A DNA stretch of 35,199 nucleotides from Selaginella moellendorffii (taxonomy: Eukaryota; Plantae; Lycopodiophyta), in the NCBI RefSeq assembly GCF_000143415.4, contig NW_003314481.1, forward strand, positions 18,554-53,752, written 5' to 3'. Both the position numbers and the translations under genes were made by a program. Shown one piece after another: positions 26,661 through 35,199 of the stretch (position 1 is its first letter; every line of letters starts with the position of its first letter). The notes beneath the pieces are model-generated. The model was not told the DNA's origin. It was given only the letters and a program-made list of their open reading frames with translations, and did no database searches.

Positions 26661-28928
26661 CTAAGCTCGCGGAGGGAGCTTGGCCCTGACCAGGAACGAA
26701 CCGAGGTTCGGGGAGCGTCTCCAACACGTAATCACTCGGGGGAGTGTGTCTGCGGGAGCTTCATCCATCACCTGTTTAGGGTTTAGGATGTCCCCCAAGC
26801 CTAGCTGCGCGCTGTGGAGTGTGTAAGGCAGCTTGAAGGCGAGGGGGGCCCGTCGACAGGCGTCGCTAGAGCGGCGCGAACGTGCAAGGAGAGCTTGATG
26901 TCGCTGGTCGTAGGAGATGCCGGAGAAGCAGTGATGGAGGAAGGAGGTCGGGTATCCCCGGGCACGGAGGCGGTGGTAGAACCGCGTGCGCATGGTGTGG
27001 AATCCATCGGCCGTGCTCTCGCGGAGGAGGTATCTGCGGAGCTCGCTGCGGATGAATGCCACCTTCTGGTGCCGTGGGTGAACCGACGTCCAGGGGAGGT
27101 ACTGGTAGGCATTGAGGGGCTTCTGGAACGTGGACGAGTCGAGGCAGCCTGTCTCTTCAAAGCGAGGGCCTTTGAAGAAGTGGATATCGAGGATATCCAA
27201 CTCTTCGAGCGAGATCACCGAGGTGATCTTGATCGAAGGACACAGCGTGCCGTATCCTCGGAGCCATCGTTCGAGGCCTGCTCGTGTACCTGTCCAAATG
27301 CCCACTCCGTCATCTATGTACCTTCGTAGATAGAAGGGCCAGTCGTTGGTGGCGTGCTTGTACTCGGCTTCAAGAGAGCAGAGGAAGAGACAAGCGTAGA
27401 CCACCGCAAAGTTGGAGCCCATCGCTGTGCCGCGGATCTGCTGGTAGATGTTACCGTCAAACTCCACGTAGTTGTGCTCCAGGACGAGGGCAGCCGCAGC
27501 CATGAGGAATCGCGAGCGTGTGGTGTTGCCGTACTCGGCAAACACAAAGTCGCGGAGGCGTTGGAGACCCTCTCGTGTGGGGATGCTTGGGTAGAGGCTC
27601 TCTACGTCGAACGTGAAGAGCCAGCAGTCCCGCGGGAGCTGTAGGTGGAGGAGGTCCTGCAGCAGCGTGAGCGAATCAGCGAGAAACGTTGGCTGCTTCA
27701 GCAGGATGTCGTAGAGCTGGCGGTGAAGCCACCGCGCGAGGGGCTCCCACAAAGTGCCGATATAGCTCGCAATTGGCCGGCCCTTTATTGGCTGCTTGTG
27801 TATTTTCGGGAGAAAATACAGCATGCAAGCTTGCCGGGGTACGGCGGGCTGGTGCAGCAGGAACTGCTGCGTGGAGTTGTCGAGCCATGAGCAGCTGCGG
27901 TACTTTGTGATGAGCTCAGCGAGGCGTTCCTGGAGGGCCTTGGATGGCACGGAGGGGACCTTCACATAAACGAGTGGGTCGTTCAGTTGGCGCAGAGCCT
28001 CCTTCGTGTACCAATCGCGATCCAGAATCACCGCTCCAAGGTTTTTATCCGCGGGCTTGATGACGATGGAGGTGTCCGTCGCGAGAGAGCAGAGGGCACG
28101 CTTCTTCCAACCGTGAGCGAAGGAGCGAGGCTTGTGTGCTCCTTCAAGCCTGTGGAGCAGGCTGCCTCGCAAGTGTGCTAGGCGTCGTTCCACATGCGCT
28201 GGTGCTGGAGGCGGCTCGAAGATCGGGTTCGGTACTCGGAACTCCGGCAGGGCTGAGTCGTCGTCCTTGAAGAGGTGACGGAGTCGGACGGCTCGGCAGA
28301 GAGCATCAGAGCTTTCCACGATCTGTGGGGCTCTGAGCGGTGCCGGGTTCGGGATGTACCTCAGGCCGAGGGAGAGGAGACGGATCTCGGCAGCTGAGAG
28401 AGTCCTGCTCGAGAGGTTGTGTACGGCTCCAGTCTCCACTCGGTTCTCGAACTTCGAGACTGGCCGTTGTCCTGCGATGTCGAGGGTGGCCTTAGACGGA
28501 CTGGTCAGTGGTGACCAGTAGTCTTGAGGATTCCCCTCACAGGGACTTTGACGGTTGGTGAGCGTGAGCGCGAGCGTGAGCGGCGTCGTGGTGCTGGGGT
28601 CCTGCTCCTGCGGCTGGCAGGGGTCTGGCTCCGTCCAGGGCGAGGTCGAGGGCTGCGTGTGCGAGCTCCCTTGCTGCCTCTGGTCGGTGAACGTCCTCGC
28701 GGTCGCTGGGGACCTGAGGTGACCGGTGCCGGTGTCGTGGAGCGTGGGCGTCGCTGCGGGGAGCTGCTGCGGCCGGAGCGGCGAGGGCCAACGTGTCCAG
28801 CATTCTTTTCGTGGGAACCATGCCGGGCTGGAGATGTCCGGCGCGGAGTCCCCCTCGAAGAAGAAGCCAATGCAGCGGAACGGGTGGGAGGAGTCCCAGT
28901 AGTCCCGTTCCGCCACTGTCCGTTTCCC
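26661..28928 (-). CDS. Penelope-like reverse transcriptase (copy 2)
   Basis: Same motifs as copy 1; ORF track 26661-28916; slippery heptamer at 28922-28928. Confidence 0.92.
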   Translation of the reverse strand, partial: GKRTVAERDYWDSSHPFRCIGFFFEGDSAPDISSPAWFPRKECWTRWPSPLRPQQLPAATPTLHDTGTGHLRSPATARTFTDQRQQGSSHTQPSTSPWTEPDPCQPQEQDPSTTTPLTLALTLTNRQSPCEGNPQDYWSPLTSPSKATLDIAGQRPVSKFENRVETGAVHNLSSRTLSAAEIRLLSLGLRYIPNPAPLRAPQIVESSDALCRAVRLRHLFKDDDSALPEFRVPNPIFEPPPAPAHVERRLAHLRGSLLHRLEGAHKPRSFAHGWKKRALCSLATDTSIVIKPADKNLGAVILDRDWYTKEALRQLNDPLVYVKVPSVPSKALQERLAELITKYRSCSWLDNSTQQFLLHQPAVPRQACMLYFLPKIHKQPIKGRPIASYIGTLWEPLARWLHRQLYDILLKQPTFLADSLTLLQDLLHLQLPRDCWLFTFDVESLYPSIPTREGLQRLRDFVFAEYGNTTRSRFLMAAAALVLEHNYVEFDGNIYQQIRGTAMGSNFAVVYACLFLCSLEAEYKHATNDWPFYLRRYIDDGVGIWTGTRAGLERWLRGYGTLCPSIKITSVISLEELDILDIHFFKGPRFEETGCLDSSTFQKPLNAYQYLPWTSVHPRHQKVAFIRSELRRYLLRESTADGFHTMRTRFYHRLRARGYPTSFLHHCFSGISYDQRHQALLARSRRSSDACRRAPLAFKLPYTLHSAQLGLGDILNPKQVMDEAPADTLPRVITCWRRSPNLGSFLVRAKLPPRA

Positions 28929-29986
28929 TGGTCGTTGCGGGTGGGTGTTGCCGACCGGGATCCGGCTTCGTCGGCGTTGGCGGCGAAGGACACGCGGTGC
29001 CTCTTGCTCGAATCCTGCGCATGCTTACCCGGTGTGCCGTCACGTTGCTCTCGCGCTTTGTTCTTCTTTTCTCGCTTTCTCTTCTTTTTTCCTGTGTGTG
29101 ACGGCGTAGCATGTCGCTGGCTTTGGAAGGCCTTCGTAACAGCGGCGTCCACTAGCTCTGCGATGGTCTGCTCCTTGGGGAGGGCATCCGCAGAGGCGTT
29201 CGCCGCGTCGATGGCCTCCTCCAGTCTCCGCGTCGCCGTCGCCTGTGTTCGGTGCTCGATGCCCTTGCCGGCCATAAAGAACGATGTCTCGGTGTGGAAC
29301 TTGAGGGTACACCGTTGCTTGAGGGCGAGCAGGTGGTGGTAGACGGCATCATGCTCTGTGGCGCTGCAATAACTGAGTGTGGAGGTGACGAGATCCTCGA
29401 GTCGGCTGCGAAAGAGATCCCTGAGACCCGAGGAGACGAGCTTCTGGAGTGTCTCGATCTCGTCCTCGCGAGCCTTAATGAGGATGTCGTGCAGCTCCGT
29501 GAGGTAGCGCTCGTGCGCCTCAGCAATTCTGCTCGTGAGGCCGTCCTGGGCATGTCGAGACACCTTGAGCTTCGGTGGGCGTGTGCGGAGCGACTGCGGG
29601 CGTTTCTTTTGCTCTTTCAGGTCCTTGAGGCCCTGGAGAGCGGATCTCGACGACACCAGAGTGTTGTACTCCTGCAGAAATTCTTGCAGGGAGCTCGCGA
29701 GGATGCTGTTGAAGGCTCCATCGATGTTCTTGAAGCCTCCAAGCGTGTAGCCGTCTTCTGCTCCAACAGCCAGTGGCGGAGGTGGCGCAGCTGGTGGCTC
29801 GGGTGTGCGTCCCGGAGCTGGCTGGCCTGAACATCGCTCTGGCTGGGGAGGGATGGGCTCAGCATCTGTGCGTGTCCTCTGTGCTGCCGAGTGGCCTCGC
29901 GGTGGCGAAGTGACCGGAGGGTCCACTGGAGCAGGAGGAGGACGTCGCAGCTCCTGCGATGCTGCACGCGGAGATGCATGTGTCCG
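28505..29986 (-). pseudogene. 5'-truncated PLE ORF1 (copy 2)
   Basis: C-terminal half of the 930-aa ORF1; the native start is lost. Confidence 0.8.
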
Positions 29987-30064
29987 TAAACCCTAAACCC
30001 TAAACGAGGCACTATGTTCGGCATTGCAGCGACCTCCCACCTCCTCTGACACGGCCACACCACA
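29987..30064 (+). other. Inverted junction cassette: (TAAACCC)2.5 plus a 60-bp inverted ORF1 fragment
   Basis: 30005-30064 is the reverse complement of 23692-23751. Confidence 0.92.
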
Positions 30065-30065
30065 C

Positions 30066-30421
30066 GGTTTAGGGGTTTAGGGTTTAGGGTTTAGGGTTTA
30101 GGTTTAGGGTTTAGGGTTTAGGGTTTAGGGTTTAGGGTTTAGGGTTTAGGGTTTAGGGTTTAGGGTTTAGGGTTTAGGGTTTAGGGTTTAGGGTTTACCG
30201 GTTTAGGGTTTAGGTTTAGGGTTTAGGGTTTAGGGTTTAGGGTTTAGGGTTTAGGGTTTAGGGTTTTAGGGTTTAGGGTTTAGGTTTAGGGTTTAGGGTT
30301 TAGGGTTTAGGGTTTAGGGTTTAGGGTTTAGGGTTTAGGATTTAGGCGCGTTTAGGCGTTTAGGGTTTAGGGTTTAGGGTTTAGGGTTTAGGGTTTAGGG
30401 TTTAGGGTTTAGGGTTTAGGG
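30066..30421 (+). repeat. Internal telomeric (TTTAGGG)n tract
   Basis: About 50 repeats with variants. Includes TTTACCGG at ~30194 and the PLE variant block at 30334-30365. Confidence 0.97.
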
Positions 30422-30606
30422 TTTAGGCGCGTTTAGGCGTTTAGGGTCAAAGACACCCCGCAGTGCTGCAATCCGGCGAGATCGCGGCACCACTTTGTGC
30501 AATCCACATTCTCCGTGTGCCGTTGTCGAAACGGCGTGATCGAGAGCAAGTAGAGGATGCGAGGGAATGAATTTTCATTCATTCGTGAGCGAGGGAGAGG
30601 ACAAGA

Positions 30607-30659
30607 GACAACCCGAGACCGGTTTCGTCCTTTTTGGGACTCATCAGCCGGGTGTAGTC
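30607..30659 (-). ncRNA. Minimal type I hammerhead ribozyme
   Basis: Identical to 18650-18702. Confidence 0.93.
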
Positions 30660-31499
30660 GTCTAGTGTCTACCCTAACCCTAGCTCGGTGCCGACTCTAC
30701 TTATATTTTGGCTCTGTCACGTGGCGCGAGTCCGTGTGGCGGCCATGCGAGGTGGCGTGGCAGCGTTGGCTCGCGAGGGTGCGAACGTAGCACAGCTGGT
30801 GTTGGTTACTCCACAGCAGTGGTAGTCGCGGAGAATGACTTCGGCGGATCGCCGAAGACAGTAAGCGTTCGTCCGGCGGGTGACGTACCTTTGATGCGAG
30901 ATAACTTGTGAACGCGGCATGATATGATGCATGCATTACGTCCACAATGCTTGTATCACTTGTACGTACCCGGCGACGAAAAAACGTGGTTCACTTTGCA
31001 GGGAATATTCTCGGAATATTCCGTCGTTGACCGTTGACCCCGCGTTGACCGTGTGTGGACTGTGGTGGTGGAGGGCCTGAGGTCACTCATACATACCCGG
31101 AGTCCAGCGGTTGCGTCGGGGAGAGCCATCCCGCGAGCTGTCGGCGTGTGTCGCCGATGTCGAGGGAGCGGCACCGTTTTAACGGAATACACGCTTTTCC
31201 ACGAGTCATGTGTGGAGTTCAGAGTTGAAACTCACATATTCACGATCGGAAGGAAGAGCGGAATCCAACGGTATATGCCGTTTTGACTCGGTCAACAGGG
31301 ATACAGTCGGAATATTGGGGAATATTCCGTTCTGACCGTTGACTCCGCGTTGACCTGGCGTTGACTCGAAGGGGGGGTGGCCTGGAGTGACTTGGGACAT
31401 ACCTGAAGTCCATCGGCCAGACCCTGGGAGTCATAGGGTATGCGGAGAGGGATGCAAACATATGCTTCCGTGTCTTGCAAAGTGTGGTACAAGACGTGG

Positions 31500-33767
31500 C
31501 TAAGCTCGCGGAGGGAGCTTGGCCCTGACCAGGAACGAACCGAGGTTCGGGGAGCGTCTCCAACACGTAATCACTCGGGGGAGTGTGTCTGCGGGAGCTT
31601 CATCCATCACCTGTTTAGGGTTTAGGATGTCCCCCAAGCCTAGCTGCGCGCTGTGGAGTGTGTAAGGCAGCTTGAAGGCGAGGGGGGCCCGTCGACAGGC
31701 GTCGCTAGAGCGGCGCGAACGTGCAAGGAGAGCTTGATGTCGCTGGTCGTAGGAGATGCCGGAGAAGCAGTGATGGAGGAAGGAGGTCGGGTATCCCCGG
31801 GCACGGAGGCGGTGGTAGAACCGCGTGCGCATGGTGTGGAATCCATCGGCCGTGCTCTCGCGGAGGAGGTATCTGCGGAGCTCGCTGCGGATGAATGCCA
31901 CCTTCTGGTGCCGTGGGTGAACCGACGTCCAGGGGAGGTACTGGTAGGCATTGAGGGGCTTCTGGAACGTGGACGAGTCGAGGCAGCCTGTCTCTTCAAA
32001 GCGAGGGCCTTTGAAGAAGTGGATATCGAGGATATCCAACTCTTCGAGCGAGATCACCGAGGTGATCTTGATCGAAGGACACAGCGTGCCGTATCCTCGG
32101 AGCCATCGTTCGAGGCCTGCTCGTGTACCTGTCCAAATGCCCACTCCGTCATCTATGTACCTTCGTAGATAGAAGGGCCAGTCGTTGGTGGCGTGCTTGT
32201 ACTCGGCTTCAAGAGAGCAGAGGAAGAGACAAGCGTAGACCACCGCAAAGTTGGAGCCCATCGCTGTGCCGCGGATCTGCTGGTAGATGTTACCGTCAAA
32301 CTCCACGTAGTTGTGCTCCAGGACGAGGGCAGCCGCAGCCATGAGGAATCGCGAGCGTGTGGTGTTGCCGTACTCGGCAAACACAAAGTCGCGGAGGCGT
32401 TGGAGACCCTCTCGTGTGGGGATGCTTGGGTAGAGGCTCTCTACGTCGAACGTGAAGAGCCAGCAGTCCCGCGGGAGCTGTAGGTGGAGGAGGTCCTGTA
32501 GCAGCGTGAGCGAATCAGCGAGAAACGTTGGCTGCTTCAGCAGGATGTCGTAGAGCTGGCGGTGAAGCCACCGCGCGAGGGGCTCCCACAAAGTGCCGAT
32601 ATAGCTCGCAATTGGCCGGCCCTTTATTGGCTGCTTGTGTATTTTCGGGAGAAAATACAGCATGCAAGCTTGCCGGGGTACGGCGGGCTGGTGCAGCAGG
32701 AACTGCTGCGTGGAGTTGTCGAGCCATGAGCAGCTGCGGTACTTTGTGATGAGCTCAGCGAGGCGTTCCTGGAGGGCCTTGGATGGCACGGAGGGGACCT
32801 TCACATAAACGAGTGGGTCGTTCAGTTGGCGCAGAGCCTCCTTCGTGTACCAATCGCGATCCAGAATCACCGCTCCAAGGTTTTTATCCGCGGGCTTGAT
32901 GACGATGGAGGTGTCCGTCGCGAGAGAGCAGAGGGCACGCTTCTTCCAACCGTGAGCGAAGGAGCGAGGCTTGTGTGCTCCTTCAAGCCTGTGGAGCAGG
33001 CTGCCTCGCAAGTGTGCTAGGCGTCGTTCCACATGCGCTGGTGCTGGAGGCGGCTCGAAGATCGGGTTCGGTACTCGGAACTCCGGCAGGGCTGAGTCGT
33101 CGTCCTTGAAGAGGTGACGGAGTCGGACGGCTCGGCAGAGAGCATCAGAGCTTTCCACGATCTGTGGGGCTCTGAGCGGTGCCGGGTTCGGGATGTACCT
33201 CAGGCCGAGGGAGAGGAGACGGATCTCGGCAGCTGAGAGAGTCCTGCTCGAGAGGTTGTGTACGGCTCCAGTCTCCACTCGGTTCTCGAACTTCGAGACT
33301 GGCCGTTGTCCTGCGATGTCGAGGGTGGCCTTAGACGGACTGGTCAGTGGTGACCAGTAGTCTTGAGGATTCCCCTCACAGGGACTTTGACGGTTGGTGA
33401 GCGTGAGCGCGAGCGTGAGCGGCGTCGTGGTGCTGGGGTCCTGCTCCTGCGGCTGGCAGGGGTCTGGCTCCGTCCAGGGCGAGGTCGAGGGCTGCGTGTG
33501 CGAGCTCCCTTGCTGCCTCTGGTCGGTGAACGTCCTCGCGGTCGCTGGGGACCTGAGGTGACCGGTGCCGGTGTCGTGGAGCGTGGGCGTCGCTGCGGGG
33601 AGCTGCTGCGGCCGGAGCGGCGAGGGCCAACGTGTCCAGCATTCTTTTCGTGGGAACCATGCCGGGCTGGAGATGTCCGGCGCGGAGTCCCCCTCGAAGA
33701 AGAAGCCAATGCAGCGGAACGGGTGGGAGGAGTCCCAGTAGTCCCGTTCCGCCACTGTCCGTTTCCC
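31500..33767 (-). CDS. Penelope-like reverse transcriptase (copy 3)
   Basis: Same motifs; ORF track 31500-33755; slippery heptamer at 33761-33767. Confidence 0.92.
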   Translation of the reverse strand, partial: GKRTVAERDYWDSSHPFRCIGFFFEGDSAPDISSPAWFPRKECWTRWPSPLRPQQLPAATPTLHDTGTGHLRSPATARTFTDQRQQGSSHTQPSTSPWTEPDPCQPQEQDPSTTTPLTLALTLTNRQSPCEGNPQDYWSPLTSPSKATLDIAGQRPVSKFENRVETGAVHNLSSRTLSAAEIRLLSLGLRYIPNPAPLRAPQIVESSDALCRAVRLRHLFKDDDSALPEFRVPNPIFEPPPAPAHVERRLAHLRGSLLHRLEGAHKPRSFAHGWKKRALCSLATDTSIVIKPADKNLGAVILDRDWYTKEALRQLNDPLVYVKVPSVPSKALQERLAELITKYRSCSWLDNSTQQFLLHQPAVPRQACMLYFLPKIHKQPIKGRPIASYIGTLWEPLARWLHRQLYDILLKQPTFLADSLTLLQDLLHLQLPRDCWLFTFDVESLYPSIPTREGLQRLRDFVFAEYGNTTRSRFLMAAAALVLEHNYVEFDGNIYQQIRGTAMGSNFAVVYACLFLCSLEAEYKHATNDWPFYLRRYIDDGVGIWTGTRAGLERWLRGYGTLCPSIKITSVISLEELDILDIHFFKGPRFEETGCLDSSTFQKPLNAYQYLPWTSVHPRHQKVAFIRSELRRYLLRESTADGFHTMRTRFYHRLRARGYPTSFLHHCFSGISYDQRHQALLARSRRSSDACRRAPLAFKLPYTLHSAQLGLGDILNPKQVMDEAPADTLPRVITCWRRSPNLGSFLVRAKLPPRA

Positions 33768-34825
33768 TGGTCGTTGCGGGTGGGTGTTGCCGACCGGGAT
33801 CCGGCTTCGTCGGCGTTGGCGGCGAAGGACACGCGGTGCCTCTTGCTCGAATCCTGCGCATGCTTACCCGGTGTGCCGTCACGTTGCTCTCGCGCTTTGT
33901 TCTTCTTTTCTCGCTTTCTCTTCTTTTTTCCTGTGTGTGACGGCGTAGCATGTCGCTGGCTTTGGAAGGCCTTCGTAACAGCGGCGTCCACTAGCTCTGC
34001 GATGGTCTGCTCCTTGGGGAGGGCATCCGCAGAGGCGTTCGCCGCGTCGATGGCCTCCTCCAGTCTCCGCGTCGCCGTCGCCTGTGTTCGGTGCTCGATG
34101 CCCTTGCCGGCCATAAAGAACGATGTCTCGGTGTGGAACTTGAGGGTACACCGTTGCTTGAGGGCGAGCAGGTGGTGGTAGACGGCATCATGCTCTGTGG
34201 CGCTGCAATAACTGAGTGTGGAGGTGACGAGATCCTCGAGTCGGCTGCGAAAGAGATCCCTGAGACCCGAGGAGACGAGCTTCTGGAGTGTCTCGATCTC
34301 GTCCTCGCGAGCCTTAATGAGGATGTCGTGCAGCTCCGTGAGGTAGCGCTCGTGCGCCTCAGCAATTCTGCTCGTGAGGCCGTCCTGGGCATGTCGAGAC
34401 ACCTTGAGCTTCGGTGGGCGTGTGCGGAGCGACTGCGGGCGTTTCTTTTGCTCTTTCAGGTCCTTGAGGCCCTGGAGAGCGGATCTCGACGACACCAGAG
34501 TGTTGTACTCCTGCAGAAATTCTTGCAGGGAGCTCGCGAGGATGCTGTTGAAGGCTCCATCGATGTTCTTGAAGCCTCCAAGCGTGTAGCCGTCTTCTGC
34601 TCCAACAGCCAGTGGCGGAGGTGGCGCAGCTGGTGGCTCGGGTGTGCGTCCCGGAGCTGGCTGGCCTGAACATCGCTCTGGCTGGGGAGGGATGGGCTCA
34701 GCATCTGTGCGTGTCCTCTGTGCTGCCGAGTGGCCTCGCGGTGGCGAAGTGACCGGAGGGTCCACTGGAGCAGGAGGAGGACGTCGCAGCTCCTGCGATG
34801 CTGCACGCGGAGATGCATGTGTCCG
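33344..34825 (-). pseudogene. 5'-truncated PLE ORF1 (copy 3)
   Basis: Same translated sequence as the copy 2 ORF1 remnant. Confidence 0.8.
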
Positions 34826-34903
34826 TAAACCCTAAACCCTAAACGAGGCACTATGTTCGGCATTGCAGCGACCTCCCACCTCCTCTGACACGGCCACACC
34901 ACA
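34826..34903 (+). other. Inverted junction cassette identical to 29987-30064
   Basis: Same inverted telomere repeats plus 60-bp inverted ORF1 piece. Confidence 0.92.
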
Positions 34904-34904
34904 C

Positions 34905-35199
34905 GGTTTAGGGGTTTAGGGTTTAGGGTTTAGGGTTTAGGTTTAGGGTTTAGGGTTTAGGGTTTAGGGTTTAGGGTTTAGGGTTTAGGGTTTAGGGTTT
35001 AGGGTTTAGGGTTTAGGGTTTAGGGTTTAGGGTTTAGGGTTTAGGGTTTAGGGTTTAGGGTTTAGGGTTTAGGGTTTAGGGTTTAGGGTTTAGGGTTTAG
35101 GGTTTAGGGTTTAGGGTTTAGGGTTTAGGGTTTAGGGTTTAGGGTTTAGGGTTTAGGGTTTAGGGTTTAGGGTTTAGGGTTTAGGGTTTAGGGTTTAGG
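34905..35199 (+). repeat. Terminal telomere (TTTAGGG)n
   Basis: Near-perfect Arabidopsis-type repeats to the end of the window, G-rich strand 5'->3' outward. Confidence 0.98.

Larger units (their letters stand above)
25576..29986 (-). mobile_element. PLE copy 2, 5'-truncated within ORF1
   Basis: Near-identical to 18458-22868 (offset 7118). Confidence 0.95.
30422..34825 (-). mobile_element. PLE copy 3, 5'-truncated at the same base as copy 2
   Basis: Offset 4839 from copy 2. Confidence 0.95.

Overview
This window is a plant-type chromosome end: (TTTAGGG)n on the + strand runs to the last base. It is built almost entirely from retroelements and I see no host gene. Proximal to distal it contains: (1) a Ty3/gypsy integrase relic; (2) a fossil telomere junction at ~1667, where a decayed LINE 3' fragment carries the telomere-docking tail of a Penelope-like element (PLE); (3) an older, frameshifted, endonuclease-less PLE in inverted (+) orientation; (4) a head-to-tail array of three near-identical L1/Tx1-type LINE copies, broken off and capped with telomeric repeats at 17917; (5) three tandem minus-strand endonuclease-deficient PLEs (Athena/Coprina-type; one apparently full length, two identically 5'-truncated), interleaved with telomeric tracts and short aborted insertions. 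Comparing the old and young PLE families by eye shows a conserved cis toolkit: a -1 ribosomal frameshift signal (G GGA AAC plus a covarying hairpin), a telomeric repeat inside the RT coding sequence, paired GAATATTC boxes, and a TATA box at fixed spacing before a minimal hammerhead ribozyme. The young family and the LINE relic also share a structured 3' tail ending in degenerate telomere repeats. The host is probably a non-seed land plant such as Selaginella, where such PLEs are known; this is inference only. All alignments and folds were done by eye.
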